A DNA stretch of 64,000 nucleotides from Eledone cirrhosa (lineage: Eukaryota): assembly GCA_964016885.1 (NCBI GenBank), contig OZ024745.1, forward strand, positions 88,164,001 to 88,228,000, read 5' to 3'. The position numbers and the translations under genes were made by a program. Positions 12,466 to 25,972 of this stretch are shown piece by piece. How positions within the stretch are numbered: position 1 is the first letter of the stretch; each line of letters starts with the position of its first letter. The notes beneath the pieces were generated by a model. That model saw nothing but the letters and a program-made list of their open reading frames with translations, was not told the DNA's origin and searched no databases.

Positions 12466-14546
12466 GAAGAAGAAGAAGAAGAAGAAGAAGAAGAAGAAGA
12501 AGAAGAAGAAGAAGAAGAAGAAGAAGAAGAATTTCATTCTCTACATTCATTTTTAAGACAAGTAAATTCTCTCATCTGATGACTGCCGACGATTTATTTT
12601 TTCTAGTGATATAGTTTTAAGTATCACAGTTTGTCACGGTGAAGTCATGTATGGTAAGACATCAAAAGGAAATAGGAAACATCTAAATAACCATGCAATG
12701 TTGGAGGTAGGGATTAGATAAAATAGGGATGGTGTAGAGGGGGGGAGTTGGCTGAATCTGGGAAAGTAGGTATAGATATATGCCTTCCTCACTTGCTCTG
12801 TTGAAAAGTGAAAATATTTAGTCACGTTAATATTACAGTTAAACATTGAAGAAGATAGAGTAGAAAGTAAAGTAGGCCTGAAGAAGTTGAGACCGCACTA
12901 CGAAGAAAATGTATTCGCCCATTGCGGGCTTCAATGAAATGGAAAATTATTTTGTCGGAAAGAAAAATATAGTGTTTGCAAGAAAAATTCAGGGAAGCTT
13001 GTAATAAACACACAAGTATTGACATTACCATCACTTGTGATATTATTGTGCCGTACAGCAGAGAGTTTAGCAATGGTATTAGTATCAACAATTACAAAAA
13101 AAAAATCCAGTAATCAATAGAAACAGTAGCAGTAATACGAACACAAAGCGGCAACAACTAAAACGAAAAATGCCAGAAAAATCCACGCAATTCAACCTAT
13201 AGGAATAAAAATTATAACCCTTACATGTAATAAAAATAACATCTTATACGACGTAAAAACTTAAAAATACAGCAAACATGACGATAGTAACATTAAGCAA
13301 ACTGTATTTTAATCCAGTCACAAGTATATATAGAAAGATTGATTCCCACTAATTCTTAAATTAATAAATTAGGAGTGATTGCTGTTTCCAAGAACGAAAG
13401 AAATAATTATTTGCGAGGTGGTATAGGATATGATATGATTTAGCTCAACATAAATTTCATGGATATTTAGATATCTTACCATACATTTCTTCATCGAGGA
13501 CGTGGACATATTGAATAATATATATGCTCTTTCGTTTGTATCAGAGTGTATAGAATTGGCTATAATAAGGAATGGTAAAAAGCAAGACAGTCTCTTTTTA
13601 CGATTTTCTCTAGGGTCAAATGAATTGTTTTTGCACTAAAGAGAAACACGTTTTGAATGAACAGTATTCTACAATCAGTATCATTTCATTTGAATTTGTT
13701 TTTGCTTTCAGGAGAACCCCGATCGATCTAACAACGTAACCAATTTCACCAGACATGACAGTGTAGGGAAGTAAATACTTAATGAAATTAGGGGAAACTT
13801 ATTTGGATTCAAATTAGATATAAAACTGTCATTACAAATATCTAATATAAAACCTCGTTGAATGTACAAACAGACAAACGTAATAAAGTAAAGTTAAATA
13901 TAGAATTAAACAAGTTTAAGTTTTTAATGTTTATTTAAGTTGTACACAAGTTCAAGTCGATCATGTGATACAGAAAGACAATAATGATATAATCTCATAG
14001 CAACTACATCATATATTTCACAGCTATCGCTATATGTTTGTAATGTATGAATATTCTTTCGGATTGATTATGTGATTCCGGTGTAATGAACACACACATG
14101 CAGACACATGCTAAAAACAACACACACAATAATCCATTTAAATATACACGGACAAACACAAACACACATATACACACACATACATGCAATGCAGATGATT
14201 TAATGATTACAATTGATTAAAAATTATATACTCACAGACACATGGGTTACGCTCCTTGAATAACAAAAAAAAATATATATGTATCTATTGTTAAATTATC
14301 ATTACCTCCATTGCACTTGACGAGATCTCATACATGAAATAACGTCGGGCATTTTAGACTGGAGTGAAACATAAGCAAAACTAATATGAGTTTAGTTAGA
14401 GTAGGATTTGAAACCGTAGGTAGTAAGCAAGTTTGTTGAGAAATTATCTATAATACAATGTTTTGTCTCTGTACTTAACATAGAGCATTCTTTTTCTTTC
14501 ACCTGCAATATTGAAACATTTGACACGTCACACACAGAGCGAGAAA

Positions 14547-15670
<1,124 letters not shown>

Positions 15671-16401
15671 GAAGTATTTCCGTAGGAAATGTAAAGGAAA
15701 AGAGAGTGCTCTATGTAGGCTACAGAGCGTATTAGTTATGTAATAAACAGCATAACATAATTATTTCATTTACCAGTGGCTGAACGAATAAATAACATGG
15801 TGTGTTTATTAAATATGGATTTGAGAACAAAATTTAGGAAATATGAAAGTGAGGCTGAAAGAACGGGCAAAAAGGATTCAGGGGAAAAAATATATAAATA
15901 AATATCCAGAACATAAACATACACGCACTCAACCACGCGCTTATATATAATAGTACGTAGACGTATACTTTCTCACATAAGTGTATTTGCGTCTACATGG
16001 AAATATGAATAGACACACATATATAAATATGTATACACACACATACACATACATACATAGAAACACAACAGGCTCTATACATACGCGCACGTATATATAC
16101 ACACACACATATATAAACATACACACATATACACACACATATCCATACACACATATATATATATACACATATCCATACACACACATATACATGCATATAT
16201 ATATATATATATATATATACCTTGATTAAATCTTAACCATTTAACATGTCAGGGTATGTCATGTATCATTTTATTTTATCTAATGTGGACGTACTATTGA
16301 ACTTGATTCAAGGACCTATGAAATATGTATAATAAAATTTAATTGATTACAAGAACATCTATTTTATTAATACTTGAATTTAATATATATATATATATAA
16401 A

Positions 16402-16456
16402 TATTTATTTCTGCCTCTGAACTACTTCTCAATGGTTTGTACTTATTAATATGTGC

Positions 16457-16508
<52 letters not shown>

Positions 16509-16568
16509 GCACATGCACATATTAACAAGTGCAAACCATTGGGAAGTAGTTCAGAGGCAGAAATAAAT
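16402..16568. repeat. About 58-bp inverted repeat enclosing a (TA)n tract
   Basis: atttatttctgcctctgaactacttctcaatggtttg... versus ...caaaccattgggaagtagttcagaggcagaaataaat. Confidence 0.8.
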
Positions 16569-17064
16569 AAATAGGATTAAAAAAATTCAAAAAGTATATA
16601 GGATCCAAATCCAAATCCAAATCAAAATCAAAATAAAGTCAGAAAGGGATGTGTTGACAACGAAGAGTGGGGTTTGGGGGTGGGGGTGTAGTGTGTGTGT
16701 GTCGTGAGAATAAAATATAAGTACAAACAACGTAAAAATAAACAAATACACACGATATATATATATAAATATACCTATAAACATATACAAATACACACAT
16801 ATACATGTATATATATACAAAACACATATATATACATATATATATATATACATACACATATACACATATATACATATATACATATATATACATATATACA
16901 TACATCCACATACATACGCATGCAAATACATACATATATATAGAGATAGATAAAAATCATAGGTACATAACCCACGTACATACGTACACACGCGGGCGCA
17001 CAAACACGCAATGAAAAATCAACACACGCATACAATTATACATATATACGTAATTCTATACACC

Positions 17065-17116
<52 letters not shown>

Positions 17117-17322
17117 AATATACATATACAGACACACAAACACATGCATGCATACATACACGTGCGTGTGTGTGTATGCATAAACATATAGGCAGACAAA
17201 CTATAAATACACACACGCTCGCAGGTGGGAGTTTAAAAGGGGGGGTACCAAAAAATGAAAAAGTATACTCACAGATTCATGCGCAAAAAAAAAATATATA
17301 TATAAATACAAATACATACATA

Positions 17323-17372
<50 letters not shown>

Positions 17373-17421
17373 CATACACACACATACACACATCTATATG
17401 TATATATCTCTATATATATAT

Positions 17422-19720
17422 TTCGTTTCTGAATTTGTTTAGCAAGATTCTTTATCTGAAATCGTGTGTTGAAACCGATATTGTTATACTTTGGGAGGGT
17501 CATGTTGCCAATAAGAAACACACGCACCAGTTACTTTCACTTCAATTTATTATATATTTATAAATTTATAAATTTACAAATCTACAAATTTATAAATTTC
17601 TGGTTGGTTGGTTGGTTCCACAACCAGATAGTTGTTTATACATAGTCATAGTCCTTTCGTCACACACTCTGTGACCTCTTCAGTGACTGGGGATTCCTCT
17701 CTTTGTTTCTGTACCTTTCCTTTCTTCTGTCCTACGCCATTTTGTTTGTGTGTGTGTTGTGTGCTCAGTTTGCGCATGCGCCACATCCGGGTGTCTGTGT
17801 GTGTTTGTGTTCATTTATCTATTTGTTTATTTATTTATTTACATGTTGTTGGTTGGTTGTTTTTTCTATGTGTGTGTGTGTTTTCATTTTGTCCTTAATT
17901 GTAAGTTGTGATGTTGCTGTTCCACTCATATTTTCTATTTAATTTTGGTTGTAATTCTTTTATGTTTACTGCCTCTGTAATTTGTCTAAACATTGCATCT
18001 TTTCTGTGTGTAGATTCTATTTTTATTTCTATGTTCTCTAATTTACCCTTGCGTTCTATCTTAGCATGTTGGTAGAGTATTCTTTAGATGATTCTTTATT
18101 ATCTTGAAGGTCTCGCCAGTGTCCATTTATCCGTTCCCCTATACTACGACAGCTTAACCCTGATAATGTACTCCCGCTACGTAGATGATATAAACATCGT
18201 AGTTAAGACACCCCCACTAGAGAACAGTCAGGAACTAGAGAAAAACACAATGGAAAGCATCCAGCAAATAGCAAACTCCATCCACCAGAGCATTAGAGTT
18301 ACTATAGACTACCCAAGTAGACACCCCAACCATCGATTACCTGTACTAGACACAGAGCTCTGGTTAGATACCATTAACAACCAAAAACAAATCCTCCATT
18401 CCCATTATGCCAAACCCATGACTTCCAAACATCTGATCCACCGAAACTCGGCCATTTCGGACCATACCAAAATCAACATACTGATTGCGGATTTGGTACG
18501 GGTGATGAGAAATGTGTCCCGCATGTGAAACCCCGAAAAACTAGGGAGACACATACAACACTTCATCCACCGTATGCAGTTCTCTGGCTACAATCAGAGA
18601 GATAGAATCAGAGTGTATAGAGGAGCCAGAACCAAATGGGAAAACATGGTAAATAATGATATAAATGGGACCTGCCCCTTTTACATGAGCAAATTTTGGA
18701 ATAGAATAGAAAGAACTAGGAACAAGGCCAATAGAATAAACTCATGGTATGATAGCAATAAATACCAGAGTGTAATGTTCATTGATACAACCCATAGAGG
18801 CGAACTAGTCTACAAATTTAGAAGGGCCCTAAATAAACATAAACTCAATATTAAGATAGTAGAAAGACCAGGTACCTCCGTAAAAACACTTATTAGCAAG
18901 ACATACCCGTTCCAAAGACCCTCATGTATAGATAAGAAATGTATAACCTGTAAAATAAGCCCACATGTTAACTGTAAAACTAGAAATGTAGTGTATAGCA
19001 TAAGATGTACTGAAGGACAATGTAGAGACAAAAATATAGTGTACATAGGTGAGACAGCTCGTGGTATAGGGGAACGGATAAATGGACACTGGCGAGACCT
19101 TCAAGATAATAAAGAATCATCTGTACTCTACCAACATGCTAAGATAGAACACAAGGGTAAATTAGAGAACATAGAAATAAAAATAGAATCTACACACAGA
19201 AAAGATGCAATGTTTAGACAAATTACAGAGGCAGTAAACATAAAAGAATTACAACCAAAATTAAATAGAAAATATGAGTGGAACAGCAACATCACAACTT
19301 ACAATTAGGGACAAAATGAAAACACACACACACATAGAACAAACAACCAACCAACAACATGTAAATAAATAAATAAACAAATAGATAAATGAACACAACA
19401 CACACACAGACACCCGGATGTGGCGCATGCGCAAACTGAGCACAAAACACACACACAGAAACAAAATGGCGTAGGACAGAAGAAAGGAAAGGTACAGAAA
19501 CAAAGAAAGGAATCCCCAGTCACTGAAGAGGTCACAGAGTGTGTGACGAAAGAACTATGACTATATATAAACAGCTATCTGGTTGTGGAACCAACCAACC
19601 AACCAGAAATTTATAAATTTGTAGATTTGTAAATTTATAAATTTATAAATATATAATAAATTGAAGTGAAAGTAACTGGTGCGTGTGTTTCTTATTGGCA
19701 ACATGACCCTCCCAAAGTAT

Positions 19721-19725
<5 letters not shown>
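17422..19725 (+). mobile_element. 5'-truncated Penelope-like element (Naiad-type RT + GIY-YIG) with an inverted copy of its own 3' end/pLTR (17422-18137)
   Basis: Motifs YSRYVDDI, LPVLDTELW, HYAKPM, MQFSGY, CIDKKCITC and NVVYSIRC..C...YIGETARGIGERINGH. 17476-18137 is the reverse complement of about 19070-19725. (TA)n on both sides. Confidence 0.9.
19518..19562 (+). ncRNA. Minimal type I hammerhead in the PLE pLTR
   Basis: AGTCA-CTGAAGA-G-GTCACA gagtg TGTGAC-GAAA-GAAC-TA-TGACT. Copies at 17644-17688 (-) and 30702-30746 (-), truncated at 32659-32692 (+). Hammerheads in PLE pLTRs are established. Confidence 0.82.
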
Positions 19726-19789
<64 letters not shown>

Positions 19790-20029
19790 ATAGATAGATA
19801 GATAGATATATATACATACAACAGATAGACACACATACACACACACATATATATATATATATATGTACAAATACATATATATGTGTATGTACACATATGC
19901 CTGCCTGCACATGCGCCCACATATATGTGAGTACACTTATAAAACATAGTGGGTATCTAAGGACGAGGAGATACACAAACACACAACCACACACATACAC
20001 ACACACACATACACCCACACACACACACA

Positions 20030-20141
<112 letters not shown>

Positions 20142-20863
20142 AATATACACGGGGGTGTATGATTGTGTATAGAAGATTATACTAATAAAAGGAATTCCAA
20201 CTTTGTCTGATTTACTCGTTTTATTTACAATGCTTTAAAATTTATAATGGTATTATAATGAAATAGTATGGTAGAATATTAAATGTTAAGTGTTAATTGA
20301 ACGTAATCTTCAGATTCATAATGTGTGGTGTCAGTCAAGTTTGCAATTGTCAACTATATATATATATATAAGAGAAATAGAGCCGACACTGATATATGAC
20401 CAACATCTCATAGATGACAACAAACACTACTTTTTGAAGAATCACCAGTCTGATGAGCATATCGATAATAGAGTCATTGGATCCATAACTTATATTGGTG
20501 ACCTTGAGCAAATCATCTCCGAGACACGCGTAACAGGGCGATACACATTATAAAAAACTAACTAAATGTAAATGAAACTTCATCGTTTTCCTATATATAT
20601 AAACAAAATTAGAACTTGATTTTCAGCAAGGCCTGCCGTAAAATAGCTCGGTATGCAAGGGAGGCTAATCAGACGATGTATGATTTAGAAAATTCTATAT
20701 ATTTTCAACATTGCAATCGAGTGGTAGAAAGTTATACAGTCATGATCAAGGTATATGACCCAGAAACATGTTGATTGTTCCTTGACACTACTGTTGAACA
20801 AACGGCAGCATAGCTTAGTAAGGCCCTTTGATTGCTAACAAAACGAGTATTATTATTATTATT

Positions 20864-21250
20864 AGGGCGGTGGATTGGCAGTGTCGGTAGATGGTCGGAT
20901 GCCATGCTTTGACGTATGGAGTTACGGCCCTTGCCATTCTAAGTTCAAATCCCGCCGAGGTTAACTTTGCCTTTCATCCTTACGGGGTCGATAAAATAAA
21001 GTACCAGTAATACACTGGGATAATTGCTGGCCTTGTGCCAAAAGTAGAAATAATTATTATTATTAGGGCGTTGGATTGGCAGTATCAGTAGAGGGTCGGA
21101 TACCATGCTTTGCAGCAAAGAGTTACGGCCCTTTATCTGAGTTCAAATCCCACCGAGGTTAACTTTGCCTTTCATCCCTACGGGGGTCGATAAAATAGTA
21201 CCAGTAATTCCACTGGGTTAATTTGGCTAAAAAAATAGAAACAATTATTA
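20864..21250 (+). mobile_element. Two tandem tRNA-derived SINEs with Nin/Deu-type core and (ATT)n tails
   Basis: A-box-like GGATTGGCAGTGTCGGTAG, B-box GTTCAAATCC, core GCCTTTCATCCTTACGGGGTCGATAAAATAAAGTACCAG. Copies about 20864-21060 and 21064-21250. Confidence 0.85.
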
Positions 21251-21427
21251 TTATTCGATATAACCTAAATATATATATTTTAATTATGTAATAAACAACA
21301 TAAGACAATTATTCCATTTACCAAAGGTTTCACGAAGACAGCCGAGCTAATCAGAGACGTGTGAAATCGCTCATCTGTAGCATACATAGAGCACTTTCCT
21401 TTCCTACGGAAATACTTCATATATATA

Positions 21428-21621
21428 TAACGAAGGAGTTTGGTTAAGGAACCAAATGGATGATAACGCACCAGATTACTCAATACTTAGGGTAGTAGAG
21501 TGAGTAATAGGAAAATGTATGACCCCGACGGCAGAGCTCAAGCCGTTTTGACGGCTATTTCTGGACTCCAGAAATAGCCGTTGAAACGGCTTGAGCTCTG
21601 TCGTCGGGGTCATACATTTTC

Positions 21622-21625
<4 letters not shown>
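21428..21625. repeat. Short dispersed element ending in a near-perfect 119-bp palindrome (21507-21625)
   Basis: Arms meet at CTGGA-c-TCCAG (centre 21566). Second copy at 33642-33835 in the opposite orientation. Partial copies at 21895-21956 and 25698-25808. Confidence 0.85.
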
Positions 21626-21675
<50 letters not shown>

Positions 21676-23869
21676 GGAAAAGAAAATGCTGACAAATTGT
21701 TCACAGTGAAAAATAGTTTAATTAGGAATAAGTGAGAATTAGTAATAGTATTGGTTAGTATTCAGTTTTGGTTTTAAGTTTTACCGGTTGCGCATTTTTA
21801 ATGCTTTTCAAAAATAATTTTGAGATAGAGCGTCCGTGATGTTTGCTCTAATCTGATTATATATATATATATATATATATATAAATATATGCATGGAGTC
21901 TAGAAATAGCCGTCGAAACGGCTTGAGCTCTGCCGTGGGGGTCATAATTTTACCTATATGTATATATATATATACATATGTATGTATTCGTGTTAATAGG
22001 ATTGGCTAAATCACTTGGATATTCCGCTCCAGGAGACACAGTATCTGATGATGGTGACCACTAGAACTATAAAACGCAAACAATTACCTCTAGTAATATT
22101 TTCTTGCACGGGCACCAAGTACTAAATTTGGAGGAAGGCCTTAGTTTATTGAAATAGCTCCTCTATTTCACTGCTACTTTACTTTATTCACTCCAAAAAT
22201 ATGAAAGGCAAATGTTTGAAATGAGAATATAATGAAATGTTGCAAAGTATTCTATTCCTCTTTCTAACGATTCTGCTAATCAAATGATAGATGAGTACGA
22301 ATTGCAACCAACAAAGTGTATATGATGATGATACAAAATGGCTGAACATTGTTCAGCGGAAATGGTTGATCAGAGCGAAACGTATAATGGTATAGATAAG
22401 AAAACGTAATCAGCCATAATCAATGACATTCGGGAAATTGATAACGGGTCTATTGATATCCTTCTATGGATTCCTTTACCAAATTAACAACTGCTAATAA
22501 AGATAAAGCCATGGTAGTGTTATTGTGATAAGTATTCATTCACAAACCGACAGCAAGTAATTTAAATAAGAATGTGTTTATACAAAAAGGAAGAAAATAT
22601 TGGATGATATATTTCCATGCATGATATGCCTCCAAAACAAAATCTAGGTGATCACAGATCGTATGAATATGATCATTGGTCTTCGTAAGGGGAGCTCACC
22701 CGGTGCTACACAGTTATGCAAACAACGGCCATTGGTTTCCTTAAAAAACAATAACTCTTTGAAGAAATTAATTTATCCATTTATTGACACATTTACACAA
22801 ATATATAAAGTTATCATACTATCTTCAGCCAACTATACCAGTCTGAAATAATCCTCTATGAGCAATGAAACCATTATGCGATGGATTTATCAACTAGAAA
22901 TCGCAGCTAAACTCCTCTCAAACAACACAGTTTCCATTCACCTAATCTGATAAGCATTAACAACCATTATTTCAGAAGTACAAATATTTACGTAGCCAGC
23001 TAAATCTTACAATCAAAGAAATAGCCTTATGTGTAGCTTGTCCTGCTTTGAATAACAGCTATATGACCCATCACCTTAAAAAGGGGCAGGTAAATACTAG
23101 ATAATGTATTTATAGATACATTGTTTGATACAAAAATACATGGATGTCGAGGGTTGTTTATAAACCCGCTCAATCGTGTATGGTCTTTAAAAAATGGATG
23201 ATATTTTCAAGCTCTAAATCTTAGGTTAATAATAGTAGTGTAAAGATGACCCAAGCTTGAACATTTCGCTTAATTATTTAACTCTGCTTTCATGCATATT
23301 ATTGTTGAGGTCCTGACCGAGCTACTACTGATCAAAAACTTTCGAGCTGTTACTCTGTACATGCATGTCAATAATATCTAATGTGTGATTCTAAAATGTT
23401 TATGATGTAGAATGTGAGCTGAGTAAGATTTGGACGTTATTTCTAGCAGAACAAATAAACACGTTGAGGATTCACTCGCTGCTTCATTCGGGTGTGATCA
23501 AGTTACGTGTCTTGTGAGAAAAATGGACAAGTTAAGAATCTCGACGTTTCTTCAAATATTCTATTTTCAATTAAATAATATAATCCATTGGCCTGAGGTA
23601 ACACATTTTGACTAGACCTCAGTAAATACATAGCACTTATTTCATCAGCACTGGAATAATGACAAACATGACCCCTGTGGAAATGAACTCAAAAGAAGAA
23701 GTATTAGTGTGTACCCTTTACTGTTAGCGCTATTCCACTGAGCACACTAGTACAAACTTGAGTTAAATAACTTCAGTGATTTATCTGTAATGGTGTCCGT
23801 GACTCTCTCTCTCGCTCTCTCTCTCTCGCTCCCTCTCTCTCGCTCTCTCTCTCTCTCTCTGTCTTTCTC

Positions 23870-23907
<38 letters not shown>

Positions 23908-23934
23908 GCTCTCTGTATATATATATAAGTATGT

Positions 23935-24391
23935 ATACGTTTCATTTTTTCCGTTTATCGTTTTCGGTACCCCGGCCGATTAACTCACTCGATATGCAAA
24001 TTAGGCTGCTCAGCCGTTAATATGTATAAGGAAAGTATATACTTTCAGACGTTCAACTATCTGGCAGGAAGGTATACGTTGCTGACGATAGCTAATAAGC
24101 TTGAAACTAGTACAACGTTCCTTTGTCAGTGTTGAACAAATGAGCAACGATGGTTGCTAGACACTGTACGGCTTAATTCGGGATGTTTGTTTACAAACAC
24201 ACCGGGCATTATAATAAATGTTCGGTGAATCCATACGGACATATATATATATATATATGTGTGCATGTATGTATATATATATATACATACTACTGTACGT
24301 CTGTATACATATATGTATGTACGTATACATACTTATATTTAAGTAACAGCCGTATTAAGAGGGAGAAATGAAATTTCGTTTCATTTTTTCC

Positions 24392-24395
<4 letters not shown>
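23935..24395 (+). mobile_element. ORF-less hammerhead-carrying pLTR-like repeat family in (TA)n
   Basis: Homologous copies at 44285-44815 (-), 59760-60195 (-) and 60230-60670 (-). Confidence 0.8.
24076..24118 (+). ncRNA. Minimal type I hammerhead ribozyme motif
   Basis: ACGTTG-CTGACGA-tAGCTaataAGCTt-GAAA-CTAG-TA-CAACGT. Homologues at 44556-44598 (-), 59973-60015 (-, covarying stem I) and about 60430-60472 (-, decayed). Confidence 0.8.
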
Positions 24396-24445
<50 letters not shown>

Positions 24446-24449
24446 TATA

Positions 24450-25681
24450 CAGGGGTTGGACAAAATAATGGAAACACCTTAAAATTTCAAACAAATTTAT
24501 TTTAATATGAGGTAGGGCCGCGTTTGGCAGTAATCACAGCTCGAATTCTACGAGTTTGAATTGTTTCCAAAGGAATTTTTGTCCATTCTTCAGCTAAAAC
24601 AGTCTCTAGTACTTGTAGCGATGATGGTGGAGGATATCGACTCCTTACTTGTTTTTCTAATATGCACCATAAATGTTAAATAATATTGAGATCTGAGGAC
24701 TGTGGTGGCCAGATAAATGTTCAACTTCACTAGAATGTTCCTCGTTCCATTCAGTAACAATTTTAGCTGTGAATTTGTGCTTTATCATCCTGAAAGATTG
24801 CGTTTCTCTCAGGAAACAGTTCCGCAACCATAAGATGAATTTGATCAGATAAAATGCTTAAATAGTCTTGACTATTAATTCTGCCATGAAGGGAAACCAC
24901 TGGGCCGGCGGATTTCCAAGATATAGACCCCCAGATCATCGCAGATCCTCCTCCATGTTTAACAGTTGGAAGAAGGCAGTCTGGCTCAAATGCTTCTATT
25001 GGCTGTCTCCACACGTATACTCGGCCGGTGTTTGGAAGTAAGGTAAAGGATGACTCGTCCGAGAAAATAACATTCTTCCACTGCTCTAGGGACCAATTCT
25101 GCACTCTAAACGCTTTGGAACGTTTGTTTTTGAAAGTAGTGGTTTTCCCTCCCGTGAAATTCGGCTTTGTGCAGCTGCCGGCGAACAGGTTTTGTGGAAA
25201 CTGGGTTCTCGGGGTGGTCATTAAGCACTGCAGTAATTTTGGGAGCTGTACTTTTGTGATCCTTTCTAACAATTCGCGTAAGAGTCCGACGGTCCCTATC
25301 TGAAAGTTTTGGTTTTCTTCCGGAGTTTTGTTTCGACGAGTAGTTTTTTCCCTCTTTCTCAAAAGCTGTCATTACTTTCGCGTCAGTACTTCTTGATACA
25401 CCAAACATTTCGGCTGATCTCATTACGCTACCGCCTGCCATACGAGCACCAACAATTTGAGCTCTTTGAAAGTCCGATAGATCTGTCATTTTAATGAATT
25501 TTAATTACCTTTTTCTGATGATATCTGCAAATAAACAGCAATTTTAACAAAACATATTAAGCAGCACTAATAATAAATAAATAAAAAAACATAAAAATAA
25601 ACAAGCTTTTGACGGTTTCATGGTTATTTCAAAATTATGATGCTATGATGCTAGGTGTTTCCATTATTTTGTCCAATCATG
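24450..25681 (-). mobile_element. Tc1/mariner DNA transposon, frameshifted transposase
   Basis: About 29-bp TIRs (..TTGGACAAAATAATGGAAACACCT) flanked by TA. HTH N-terminus MTDLSDFQRAQIVGAR. Motifs VIFSDES, TVKHGGGSAMIWG, FQDDKA, WPPQSSDLNII. Confidence 0.93.
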
Positions 25682-25828
25682 TATATATATATTTATTAGC
25701 TCAGCCGTCGGGGTCCTACTCGTTCCTATTACCCACTCTACTACCCTAAGTATTAAGTACTTTGCTGCGTTATGGTCCATCTGGTTCCTTACCACATTTC
25801 CTTCGTTATCTATCTATCTATATATCTA

Positions 25829-25887
<59 letters not shown>

Positions 25888-25972
25888 TCTTTTACTCTTT
25901 TACATGTTTCAGCCATCCGGCTGAGGCCATGCTGGGGCACCGCCCTTGGGTATTTATATATAAAAATATATA

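Noticed and set aside
13712-13770. Possible 59-nt host exon (tttcag acceptor, AA|gtaaat donor)
   Set aside because: Weak donor, no recognisable peptide and no partner exons. Cannot be supported without RNA data.
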